Assembly: GCA_944350365.1 (NCBI GenBank)
Contig: CALVOU010000003.1
Location: 1-49,500, forward strand
Direction: 5' to 3'
Length of the DNA stretch: 49,500 nucleotides
From: an uncultured Bacilli bacterium
GTDB taxonomy: Bacteria > Bacillota_I > Bacilli_A > RF39 > UBA660
Positions 27,065-35,386 of the stretch are shown here, in pieces. Under the pieces are notes generated by a model, which saw only the letters and a program-made list of their open reading frames with translations, was not told the DNA's origin and ran no database searches. Within the stretch, counting starts at the first letter, position 1. Each line of letters opens with the position of its first letter. The translations under genes and the position numbers were made by a program.

Positions 27065-28172
27065 TTTCTTCTAATGGTAGAATAATTTGAAAAGTTGTTT
27101 TGTCTTTATTACTTGTAACTATTATTTTTCCGTCATGAAGCTCGACGATTTCTTTAGCTATGGCGAGACCTAATCCACTTCCTCCAGTTTTTGTTGTTCT
27201 AGAAGAGTCGAGACGATAGAACTTTTCGAATATTTTATTTAATTTTTCTTCAGGGATTTGTTTTCCATAGTTTTCAATAAAAATTTCTGCAGTTGTTTCT
27301 TTTTTGACTAGTGTTATCGTAATGGTACTGTTTTCACTACTGTAGTAAAGAGCGTTTTTGATTACGTTATTGAAGACTCGGGCGAGTCGATCAGAATCTG
27401 CATATAACATGATTTTTTCTGTCGCATTTAATACAATCTTTTTATTCAATTCGATCAAGGTAGGATAGAAATCATCGATGATTTGGTCAAACATCAAATT
27501 TAGATTGATCATTTCTTTTTCAAGAATAATCTTTTCAGAATTAAATCTAGTAATATCGAATAGTTCATTGGTTAATTCTTCTAGTTTATAGGCTTTATCT
27601 AAGGCAATTTGGATATATTTTTCTCGCTGTTTTTTAGGCATATCGTTAATTTCATCCAAAAGAGATAAGTAACCAATCATCGAAGTTAATGGTGTTTTGA
27701 TATCGTGGGCTAGATAGACGACGAGTTCATCTTTTCGTTGTTCATTTTCTTTGGCTAGTCGTTCATTTTTTTCTGCTTCTCGTTTTACATGATTTAATTT
27801 TTTCTCTAGATATTCTAATCCTTCTGGTAAAGAAATATATTCACTATTTTTATCGAATAGGGAATCTATTCCTTCCGCAAGAAAATCGATATCTGTAAAT
27901 GTTTTTTTAAATTTATGATGAAAGACAAGAAGAAATCCAATAAACCAAATAGATAAAAGAATAAGAAGATAGATCACGTTATCATTATATAGATTTTGTC
28001 CTAGGGTTCGTAAAAAATAATATAGGTCAGGAGAATAACGATATAACCAATCGAAATCCAGGTATTTTAAAACAGTACCCGCAATTAGAATTAAGACAGT
28101 AAATAAAATGGTGTAGATACAAAGACGAATTAAAAAGCGATGATATGGATTTTTTCTTTTTTTATTTTTCAA
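27060..28172 (-). CDS. VanS-like sensor histidine kinase
   Basis: Two N-terminal TM helices. The H-box YLAHDIKTPLTSMIGYLSLLDE, plus DKAYKLEEL, RLARVFNNVIKNALYYS, FEKFYRLDSSR and GGSGLGLAIAKEIV, are collinear with VanS of VanA-type clusters as I remember it. Identity was not computed. Confidence 0.85.
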   Translation of the reverse strand: MKNKKRKNPYHRFLIRLCIYTILFTVLILIAGTVLKYLDFDWLYRYSPDLYYFLRTLGQNLYNDNVIYLLILLSIWFIGFLLVFHHKFKKTFTDIDFLAEGIDSLFDKNSEYISLPEGLEYLEKKLNHVKREAEKNERLAKENEQRKDELVVYLAHDIKTPLTSMIGYLSLLDEINDMPKKQREKYIQIALDKAYKLEELTNELFDITRFNSEKIILEKEMINLNLMFDQIIDDFYPTLIELNKKIVLNATEKIMLYADSDRLARVFNNVIKNALYYSSENSTITITLVKKETTAEIFIENYGKQIPEEKLNKIFEKFYRLDSSRTTKTGGSGLGLAIAKEIVELHDGKIIVTSNKDKTTFQIILPLEEN

Positions 28173-28851
28173 TTTTATATCCTACTCCCCAAACGGTTTT
28201 AATATATTTTGGTTGTTTACCGTTATCTTTCATTTTTTCTCTTAGATGTCTAATATGTACCATGACGGTATTGTTGTCTTTTTCAAAATATTTTTCTTTC
28301 CATATCATCAGAAATAAATCTTCGCTTTTTATTACTTTTCCCCGATTTTCACATAATATCCAAAGAATAGAAAATTCAGTTTTGGTTAGATTTAGTTTTT
28401 TCTCATTTAATTTACATTCATAAGTATCTTTATCGATCACTAATCCTCTAAATTCAATTCGATTTTGATGATGATTAGAAGAATTATATTTTTGGTATCG
28501 TCGTAATTGTGCTTTTACTCTAGCGACTAATTCTAGTGGTTGGAATGGTTTAGTAACATAGTCATCTCCACCGATAGTAAGGCCATCTATCTTATCGATA
28601 TCTTCTACTTTAGCGGTCACGAAGATAATCGGAAAGTTATAGGTTTCTCGAATTTTCTTACATAGCGAAAAACCGTCTATTTCTGGCATCATGACATCTA
28701 ATATCGCAAGATCAATTGTGAGATGATCGATGTCTTCTAGTAGCTTTTTACTAGAATAATATTTATAGACGGTAAAGTTTTCATTTTTTAGATAGATTTC
28801 TATTAAATCAGCAATTTCTTGTTCATCGTCGACGATAAGTATATTAGCCAT
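28162..28851 (-). CDS. VanR-like OmpR-family response regulator
   Basis: ILIVDDEQEIADLIEIYLKNENFTVYKYY, DLAILDVMMP, GGDDYVTKPF, VARVKAQLRRY and the C-terminal KYIKTVWGVGYKIEK closely follow VanR. An alternative ATG is at 28860. An 11-nt overlap with the kinase gene suggests translational coupling. Confidence 0.9.
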   Translation of the reverse strand: MANILIVDDEQEIADLIEIYLKNENFTVYKYYSSKKLLEDIDHLTIDLAILDVMMPEIDGFSLCKKIRETYNFPIIFVTAKVEDIDKIDGLTIGGDDYVTKPFQPLELVARVKAQLRRYQKYNSSNHHQNRIEFRGLVIDKDTYECKLNEKKLNLTKTEFSILWILCENRGKVIKSEDLFLMIWKEKYFEKDNNTVMVHIRHLREKMKDNGKQPKYIKTVWGVGYKIEK

Positions 28852-28876
28852 AATGATCATTCTTTCCTTTTTGTTT

Positions 28877-28921
28877 ATTATATCATAGGAAATTATGATT
28901 ATTTCTTAAGAAAATCTTAAG
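28877..28921 (-). promoter_or_regulatory. candidate autoregulated promoter: direct-repeat box plus extended -10
   Basis: The minus strand reads CTTAAGA-TTTT-CTTAAGA (plus-strand 28915-21 and 28904-10, 11-bp period). A 21-nt gap and then TG-A-TATAAT (28877-85) follow. Confidence 0.4.
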
Positions 28922-28955
28922 TTTACAAAGAATAATTTTAATGATAGATAAAAAG

Positions 28956-29864
28956 TCACTTTCTTTTCTTCTTAGAATATGTGCAGGAAGTGGCATAATT
29001 TTCTTTAAATAAATTTTCTATTTCTAATGTTTGTTGATAAGCATCTCGAATGTGTTGACAATCGATCTGAATGTCTTGGTAAAAACGCATGATGGTGTCA
29101 TTTTTTTCTTTGATCGTTTTTTTGGCATTTACATAATCAGTCGCAATTTCTACTTGTTCTTCTATGGTTAAAGGCTGAATAGTTTCACAATCTGTTTTGG
29201 CATTAAATATCGGCAATAATTTTTTGGTACAATTGTATAAGGTTAAAAGGGAAGAGTTAGTTTCGTCTTCTGTAAAAAAAAGATAACATAATTGCTGATT
29301 GACATAGGAAAGTACTCCTGTATACTGCATAGAAAACTCAAAGATATATTCTAAGCCATTATCGTTAATGTAGTTTACTATGTGATGGCTTGGAGGGCAA
29401 ATTTGAAATCGTCGATTAAGGTCAATCCAAATTTTTTTTAAGTCATCACTAGGGTTATTCTCCTCAGAATATCCTTCGGCAAGAACAATAGAATTAGTAA
29501 TCATCAATCGATCTAAAAGAAGATGCAAAAAGGTAGCAATATGGCGACATACTCCATAACCATTAAATATAGTGTAAGCGAGGTATTGTTCATTTTTAAA
29601 CGATATAATATCTCCATTTGATTGATCGTATTCAAAAGAACCTTGTGAAAAAACACCCGATTGAATGAGAGTAGAAGTAAGTAATAGATATTCTACTGGT
29701 TTAGTAAATCCTAATCCCTTTCCTAAAGAGATAAGCTTGTCTAAGACAATTTCAAAATTCTCTTTCATTATCTGGTGGTTGAAGTCACTAGAAAATGTTA
29801 AAAGATAATGCTCGAACTCCTGCCTATGTTTTTTTATTTTGATTTTTTCTTGCCATTTTATCAT
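28956..29864 (-). CDS. hypothetical protein, possible transglutaminase-like Cys-His core
   Basis: GYGVCRHIATFLHLLLD followed ~55 aa later by PSHHIVNYIND resembles the Cys ... His spacing of transglutaminase-like cysteine peptidases. The third catalytic residue is unclear. Confidence 0.35.
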   Translation of the reverse strand: MIKWQEKIKIKKHRQEFEHYLLTFSSDFNHQIMKENFEIVLDKLISLGKGLGFTKPVEYLLLTSTLIQSGVFSQGSFEYDQSNGDIISFKNEQYLAYTIFNGYGVCRHIATFLHLLLDRLMITNSIVLAEGYSEENNPSDDLKKIWIDLNRRFQICPPSHHIVNYINDNGLEYIFEFSMQYTGVLSYVNQQLCYLFFTEDETNSSLLTLYNCTKKLLPIFNAKTDCETIQPLTIEEQVEIATDYVNAKKTIKEKNDTIMRFYQDIQIDCQHIRDAYQQTLEIENLFKENYATSCTYSKKKRK

Positions 29865-29937
29865 ATTTTGTCCTTTCTTTGATAATTGATTATATCATGT
29901 CTATTGGTGCTAGACAAATTATTTTCATATAAAAACC

Positions 29938-29975
29938 TTCCTGTTTTCATCATACGGGAAGGTTTCTTCTATTTA
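29938..29975 (-). terminator. rho-independent terminator of the DUF2935-like gene
   Basis: AAACCTTCC (29943-51) pairs with GGAAGGTTT (29967-75). On the minus strand the hairpin is followed by TTTTTATAT. Confidence 0.6.
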
Positions 29976-30044
29976 AGAAAAGTTTTCTATATACGTGTTG
30001 CAGAATGTAATGACTGGGATATGAAAATTTATTTTTACTTATCT

Positions 30045-30938
30045 TTATCTTTTCGCACTTCTTAATATTCTAATAAAGTGATTAGCTTCTCTTAGAACGT
30101 GATCGGCTAGTAGAGGAACAATTATACTTCTAATTTTACAATTTAGTATACCTTCTTCTCCCGCTATTTTAAAGTTTCTAAAATTAATCGTCTCATTTAA
30201 ACTGACATTGGTAAGATTAGCAGGGTAGTTATTAGCTTGTTGAATAATTGCTTCGTATTCTTGAGCAAATCTATTGGCCGTTAGGATTAATTCTTTTTCA
30301 CTTGGATCAAGTAACCCTCTAATAAATTCCGCATGTTCTTTCATGATATCGTTCCAGAATAATTCTTGTTCATGAATATAGTGTTCATCAAAAAATTGTC
30401 TATTTTCTATTCTAGTTAGTAGGTTATAGTACATTTTTGCTTCATGGATGATATGTTCTATTAATAATGGATAATTGGTTGTATACATTTTACAAGATAG
30501 AACACTATTTAATATATCGGTTTTAAATTCTATTAAATTTTTAATTAGTGGTAGTGTCTGTTGATTGATATTACTAATGGTATTTACTAATTGCCGGTTA
30601 ACATTCGTTACTCCACTTGTTAAGTGTTGTTGTTTTTGTGTGATGTTGGTATCGATTTTTATTGCGGATAAATCACTTGTTTTCCTTTCTGCTTCTAGTG
30701 TATTTTTAGTAATCATTTCGTTAGCCATTAGAAAATCTTCACTAACATTATTGTTGGCTAGATTTGTGATTTCTGCCAGTAATAGGGAAAAGTTTTGTTG
30801 AAAGTCACCAGCTATATTTTTAAAATTTTTATTTTTTTCCGTAAAAGCTGTTTCTAAAAAGAAACTGTGTTCTTTCATGATACGATCAAAAAATAAGTGT
30901 AATTCTAAAGATAATCTTACATAATCATTTTGATTCAT
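30045..30938 (-). CDS. DUF2935-like two-repeat helical protein
   Basis: An internal duplication is visible (IMKEHSFFLE near the N-terminus and IMKEHAEFIRGLLDPSE in the second half). I associate it with the Firmicute-restricted DUF2935 family. Confidence 0.5.
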   Translation of the reverse strand: MNQNDYVRLSLELHLFFDRIMKEHSFFLETAFTEKNKNFKNIAGDFQQNFSLLLAEITNLANNNVSEDFLMANEMITKNTLEAERKTSDLSAIKIDTNITQKQQHLTSGVTNVNRQLVNTISNINQQTLPLIKNLIEFKTDILNSVLSCKMYTTNYPLLIEHIIHEAKMYYNLLTRIENRQFFDEHYIHEQELFWNDIMKEHAEFIRGLLDPSEKELILTANRFAQEYEAIIQQANNYPANLTNVSLNETINFRNFKIAGEEGILNCKIRSIIVPLLADHVLREANHFIRILRSAKR

Positions 30939-31096
30939 TTATTTTCCTTCTAGTACATGTATATGTATATTAAGTGGGGAAAATCAACAAAGTTGTATTT
31001 AGGATAAACAATAAGATTTAAAAGACTAGAGTAAAAAGTATATACTAGTTATTGTTTAAGTTAGAAAGAAATGACACTAAAAGTGGGAGGTGGGCT

Positions 31097-31583
31097 ATGA
31101 GTTTTACTATTCAAGAAGGAAGTATCTTAGATATAGAGAAAATAATCGATACGATTAAGTATCTTTATGATTTATTAGAAAATAAAGAATGGTATGCGAT
31201 TGGTTTAGCGGATTACGATAGGTTAGTAGAGATGTTTAATGGCGGAATGGTAATGATTAAAGCTTTATATCAGGAGGATTTAGCCGGATTTTTGTTGGTG
31301 GAGGATCATATAGATCCAGATAGAAGAAATTCCTTTTTCTATTGAGATGGATAACGCAGGGGTTCTTCCTTTATATAGGGGAAATCACTTAGAACAAAAA
31401 ATGATTTTAGAAGCGGAATCTATTTTAAAGAAGAAAAATCCTACTATTCGTTATTCTTATGCTACAGTTCATCCTGATAATTTAGCAAGTTTTAACAGTT
31501 TAGAACATATAGGTTATCAGAAGTATAAAAAGAAACTTATGTATGGAGGAAAGAACTGTTACATTATGCGAAAAGAATTATAG
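31097..31583 (+). pseudogene. GNAT-family N-acetyltransferase disrupted by a frameshift
   Basis: The first ORF (ATG 31097, RBS GGGAGGTGG) ends at TGA 31343-45. The acetyl-CoA motif-A region (VLPLYRGNHLEQKM) lies in a different frame, open from 31314 with ATG 31347. The indel must lie in 31314-31345, where A3 and T5 runs occur. Confidence 0.55.
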
Positions 31584-31696
31584 AAATAGATAGATTTTAG
31601 CTGATACTTTTCCTTGTCTTGGATTATGCATAGTTAATTTTTTCTTGCGTTAAATAGAAGAGTATGATAAAGAGGTGTTTATGAGGATAGGTCATT

Positions 31697-32266
31697 GTGA
31701 CAGAAAGAATAGTAAATTTTGCAAATAGAGAAAATCAATTGATTGATTGGAATGAAGGTAAACATTTTTTTACTGTTGGTTTTTTAGAAAGCCCTATAGG
31801 GATTAAATATGATCATGCAACTAGTATTCAGCATGATTTAGAAAAATTGTTAGCCCAATTAAATTTGTTGTTAGAAAAGTATCCTAATGCGTTAAAAGAA
31901 GAAACAATGTTGAAAAAAACGAAAGCTTTAGTGGAATATGCTAAGAAAAATGGCTTTACTTTAAGTAATTGTTATTCTTATTTTCATGAGGAAACAAAGG
32001 ATAATGCTTTGTTTAGAGACGTTAAAAAGACGACCTATGGAATCAGAACGTTAGTGGATATTGAGGGCAATAAAAATATTGTTATAACTGGATATGCTAG
32101 TACCGCATCTGGTGTTATCTATGACAAAGAACAATTGAGTTTAAAATTAGAGAATAATACAATAGGGTATTCGGAAATGGTTCAGCGAGATCCATCAGGT
32201 GTTTTCTATAGTGAAGAAGAAGTTCTTTCCTATGTAAAACCTAATATTTTGACAAAACATTTGTAA
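31697..32266 (+). CDS. hypothetical protein
   Basis: 189-aa ORF with a GTG start and a strong downstream terminator. No family recognised. Confidence 0.45.
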   Translation: MTERIVNFANRENQLIDWNEGKHFFTVGFLESPIGIKYDHATSIQHDLEKLLAQLNLLLEKYPNALKEETMLKKTKALVEYAKKNGFTLSNCYSYFHEETKDNALFRDVKKTTYGIRTLVDIEGNKNIVITGYASTASGVIYDKEQLSLKLENNTIGYSEMVQRDPSGVFYSEEEVLSYVKPNILTKHL

Positions 32267-32281
32267 AATTTGTATTATGAT

Positions 32282-32315
32282 AATCGAGTTTTAATGTAAC
32301 TCGATTTTATTTTAT
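32282..32315 (+). terminator. rho-independent terminator
   Basis: AATCGAGTT (32282-90), 7-nt loop, AACTCGATT (32298-306), then TTATTTTATTT. Confidence 0.6.
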
Positions 32316-32607
32316 TTAATAGTTACCAATTTTTTAATGTTTTTTTCTTTTTGATTTCTAGTATTCCGATAGCTCTAGCCGGTATGGTTTATGTAGTAAA
32401 AATTAGTCAAACTGTTTTTTGAAATGCTAAATTGTGAGTTAGAAGATCATAAGTTTTCTACTATTTATGAGGAGAATCAAGATGTAGAACTTGAATGTAA
32501 TCGTTTATTCAAAAAGCTTTAGTTACTTTCGTAATTGATTAACCTGCTTTTACTATCTTTTTTGATAAGAAAATGTTAAGCTTATATTAAGTAAAGGAGT
32601 GAATTTT

Positions 32608-33555
32608 ATGCAAAAGGTCAGTATAAGAAAGGCTTCAAAGACTTTAACGCGAAATATAGAAGTTAGATATGAAGGATTAGCTTATCAAGATATTAATATT
32701 GGTAAACTCGAGTCTTTATTAGAAGAATTTGTCGATACTAAATGTCGTAATGATATGTTAAAAAACATTATGATGATTAGAACAATATTAGATTCTATTG
32801 AGGAGAAGAGTTTAGTTGTTTCTTATGAAGATGAAAATACTTTAGAAATAGTAAAATACGATTGTACGAATTTGTACTTTTGTCAAAAACAGAGAAAGGA
32901 TAAAACTCTAGAAATCACATATATACCTAATCATGGTGGTTTGCAGATAAAAGATGATTATCGTGATTTAGAGGACTATTCGACTGTTCAAACCGTTTCT
33001 AAAGAGGTAGCTGAAGCGATAGATCATATTTATGATTTGACTAAAGTGAAGAAAATCACTCTTGATGAAAATTCTAAGCGAATGATTGAAATCTATAAAG
33101 TGTTTTATCAAGAAAATCCTAATTTTCAAAGTAAAGATATTAATATTAGAATGCAGACGATGATGTCGATACTTAGTTATTTTGATCTTTCTGTTGGTTA
33201 TGATTTTTGTTTGTTAGGAAAAATGATGATGCCAATTTCTTTACAACTAAAACAAGAGGTAGAAAGATTATACCCTTTTGGCGAAGTCGATGAAGTGGAA
33301 GATAATATCTCGTTAGTTCAAGAAGCACAGAAGGAAATTGGGATTATCGGAAAGACAATTAGAGAAGATGTTCTTGATGAAAATGAGTTAAATGAGAAAT
33401 TAATTACGATCAGTAAGTTATTACATGCTAAGAGGTACAATCTTCCTTCTCATTGTCGGGTTGATGAAATATCTAAGTTTATAGGACGTACACCTAGTGA
33501 AGTAAAGTCTAATATAAAATTAGTTAAACAAATTAATAATAAAATTTATCGCTAA
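32608..33555 (+). CDS. hypothetical protein
   Basis: ATG at 32608 follows RBS AAGGAG. 315 aa. The only hint is a very weak resemblance of aa ~180-230 (IRMQTMMSILSYF...GKMMMPISLQL) to SocA/Panacea-type domains, and it is not reliable. Confidence 0.5.
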   Translation: MQKVSIRKASKTLTRNIEVRYEGLAYQDINIGKLESLLEEFVDTKCRNDMLKNIMMIRTILDSIEEKSLVVSYEDENTLEIVKYDCTNLYFCQKQRKDKTLEITYIPNHGGLQIKDDYRDLEDYSTVQTVSKEVAEAIDHIYDLTKVKKITLDENSKRMIEIYKVFYQENPNFQSKDINIRMQTMMSILSYFDLSVGYDFCLLGKMMMPISLQLKQEVERLYPFGEVDEVEDNISLVQEAQKEIGIIGKTIREDVLDENELNEKLITISKLLHAKRYNLPSHCRVDEISKFIGRTPSEVKSNIKLVKQINNKIYR

Positions 33556-33604
33556 GTATTAATTGTAATTTATGGATTTTAGTTAAAGAGTATTATTGTA
33601 AATA

Positions 33605-33646
33605 AAAAGGAAATACTTGATTATTTGTTTGGTATTTCCTTTTTTA
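33605..33646 (+). terminator. rho-independent terminator
   Basis: AAAAGGAAATAC (33605-16) pairs with GTATTTCCTTTT (33632-43), followed by TTTAT. Confidence 0.65.
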
Positions 33647-33745
33647 TCTATATTTTTGTAAATAAGTTGGATTATGGAAAATGACTATTGGTTATTTTTA
33701 AAATATGATATAATGGACATAGAATAGTAGTAGGAGTGGTAGACA

Positions 33746-34822
33746 TTGAAAAAGATAAAGATTCATTTAAATAGGAAATCAAAGATTATTTTGTGGAGTG
33801 TTTTGGTTGTTTTATTAATTGTACTAGTGATTTTGTTTTTTGTATTTGGAACTGGAAAAAAGGATTTAGTGGATAAACAGGAAGAAGATCCTAAAACGGA
33901 AGAACCTGAAGCTACACCAGAACCAGCTCCACCGAAGGTACAGATTATCGACTTGGATTCTAAGAGTCGTAATGTTGCGGTAATGATTAATAATATTCGT
34001 ACTGTATGGGGATATCAATCTGGACTACAAGATGCTTATTTAGTTTATGAGATGATTGTTGAAGGTGGATATACTCGTTTGATGGCTATTTATAAAGATA
34101 AAATGCCAGAACGGATTGGTTCGGTTCGAAGTGCTCGTCCTTATTATTTGGATTATGCTCTAGAAAATGATGCGTTATATATTCATTTTGGTGGTAGTGA
34201 TCAGGCACTTCGAGATGTTCGTACTTTAGGTATTCAAAATGTAAATTTCTTGTATGATAGTGGTTTTTGGCGTGATCGATCACTAGGACTTGCTACTGAG
34301 CATACTGCCTTTACTTCAATGGAGAACATCAATCAACAAGTCTCTAAAAAGGGTTATCGTACAACTACTGAAACATCTCCTGTTTTCCATTATAGTGCAG
34401 TTGAAGTAGATTTAGCTACGCATGGTACGGTGATTCCAGCTAATCGTGTTTATATTGATTATTCGGGAAGTCGTAATACTAGTTTCGATTATGATCCGGT
34501 AAATAAAGTATATTACCGTAGCCAAAATGGGGTTGCGCATAAAGATTACATCACGGGTAATCAGTATACAACGAAAAATATTATCACTTATCAAGTGAGA
34601 AATTATAGCTTGGATAGTTACGGTCGTCAAGCATTAGAGAATATTGGTAGTGGTAAAGGTTACTATATTACTAATGGTCAGGCAGTCGAGATTACTTGGG
34701 AGAAGAAGAGTAGAGGAGAAAAAACTATTTATCGCTATATGGATGGTACCGAAATTGAACTTAATGATGGAAATACTTATGTAGAAATTCAGCCATTAGG
34801 TAGAACGTTGACGATCGAGTAG
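33746..34822 (+). CDS. DUF3048 (YerB-like) extracytoplasmic protein
   Basis: TTG start follows RBS AGGAGTGG. A signal-anchor is followed by the blocks VAVMINN, GLQDAYLVYEMIVEGGYTRLMAIY and VRSARPYY, which are characteristic of DUF3048. Confidence 0.75.
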   Translation: MKKIKIHLNRKSKIILWSVLVVLLIVLVILFFVFGTGKKDLVDKQEEDPKTEEPEATPEPAPPKVQIIDLDSKSRNVAVMINNIRTVWGYQSGLQDAYLVYEMIVEGGYTRLMAIYKDKMPERIGSVRSARPYYLDYALENDALYIHFGGSDQALRDVRTLGIQNVNFLYDSGFWRDRSLGLATEHTAFTSMENINQQVSKKGYRTTTETSPVFHYSAVEVDLATHGTVIPANRVYIDYSGSRNTSFDYDPVNKVYYRSQNGVAHKDYITGNQYTTKNIITYQVRNYSLDSYGRQALENIGSGKGYYITNGQAVEITWEKKSRGEKTIYRYMDGTEIELNDGNTYVEIQPLGRTLTIE

Positions 34823-34829
34823 GACTTTT

Positions 34830-35132
34830 ATGGAAGAGGAACTTGCTTATTCTGTTTTGGAGTTTGTTTCGGAAATTCCTAAGGGGAAAGTAGTGACCTA
34901 TGGTCAAGTGGCGAAAATGGTAGGGTATCCTAATTATGCTCGATTAGTAGGAAGAATTTTAAGTCATGCCGTGTATTATGGTGAGTATCCTTGTCATCGA
35001 GTGGTTGGACATGATGGTAGAACAGCTTTTCATTTTTCTAATCAAAGAGAGTTATTAGAAAGTGAAGGTGTCACCTTTCTTCCTAACGGTAAAGTCGATA
35101 TGGTGAACTATCAATGTAGTTTTAAGGAGTAG
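34830..35132 (+). CDS. MGMT-family DNA-binding domain protein (single-domain alkyltransferase-like, Cys retained)
   Basis: IPKGKVVTYGQVAKMVG and the PCHRVV active-site motif. Only ~100 aa, so there is no N-terminal Ada/Ogt domain. Confidence 0.8.
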   Translation: MEEELAYSVLEFVSEIPKGKVVTYGQVAKMVGYPNYARLVGRILSHAVYYGEYPCHRVVGHDGRTAFHFSNQRELLESEGVTFLPNGKVDMVNYQCSFKE

Positions 35133-35386
35133 AGATACTTCTTTTTTCTGAAGAAATTTCAGATAAAGACTTGATTTTTCTTTTTAAAAATAGTATCTTG
35201 ATTCATATATTTATTTTTTGAGAGGGTCAGTTATGAACATTGGAGCAAATGAAGATATTGTTTATGTACTTAATAAAATCATCTTTTGGGTAAAGATGTT
35301 TTCTTGCTGTTTCCTTTTGAAAATGTTTATGGGTATAGAAAGTATGACGAGTGAGCGCGGTCATGCTTTTTTGTTGGGAGGAAAAG

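Noticed and set aside
28145-28423. Other antisense or nested ORFs: 28145..28423, 11143..11403, 14222..14644, 15286..16055, 16753..16953, 17124..17893, 19050..19337, 20421..20627, 22954..23187, 24114..24353, 24732..24920, 26005..26220, 26785..26994, 30565..30801, 34086..34630, 35551..35796, 36925..37182, 37840..38217, 41138..41326, 41660..41953, 42900..43112, 43448..43681, 44554..44844, 45547..45735
   Set aside because: All are embedded in, or antisense to, longer ORFs with clear family motifs. This is the typical stop-poor antisense behaviour of AT-rich coding DNA.
34110-34135. GGTTCGGTTCGAAGTGC, which resembles a tRNA T-arm (GGTTCGAA)
   Set aside because: It lies in frame inside the DUF3048 gene, coding ...IGSVRSARPYY, a family signature. 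No acceptor or anticodon stems can be drawn around it.
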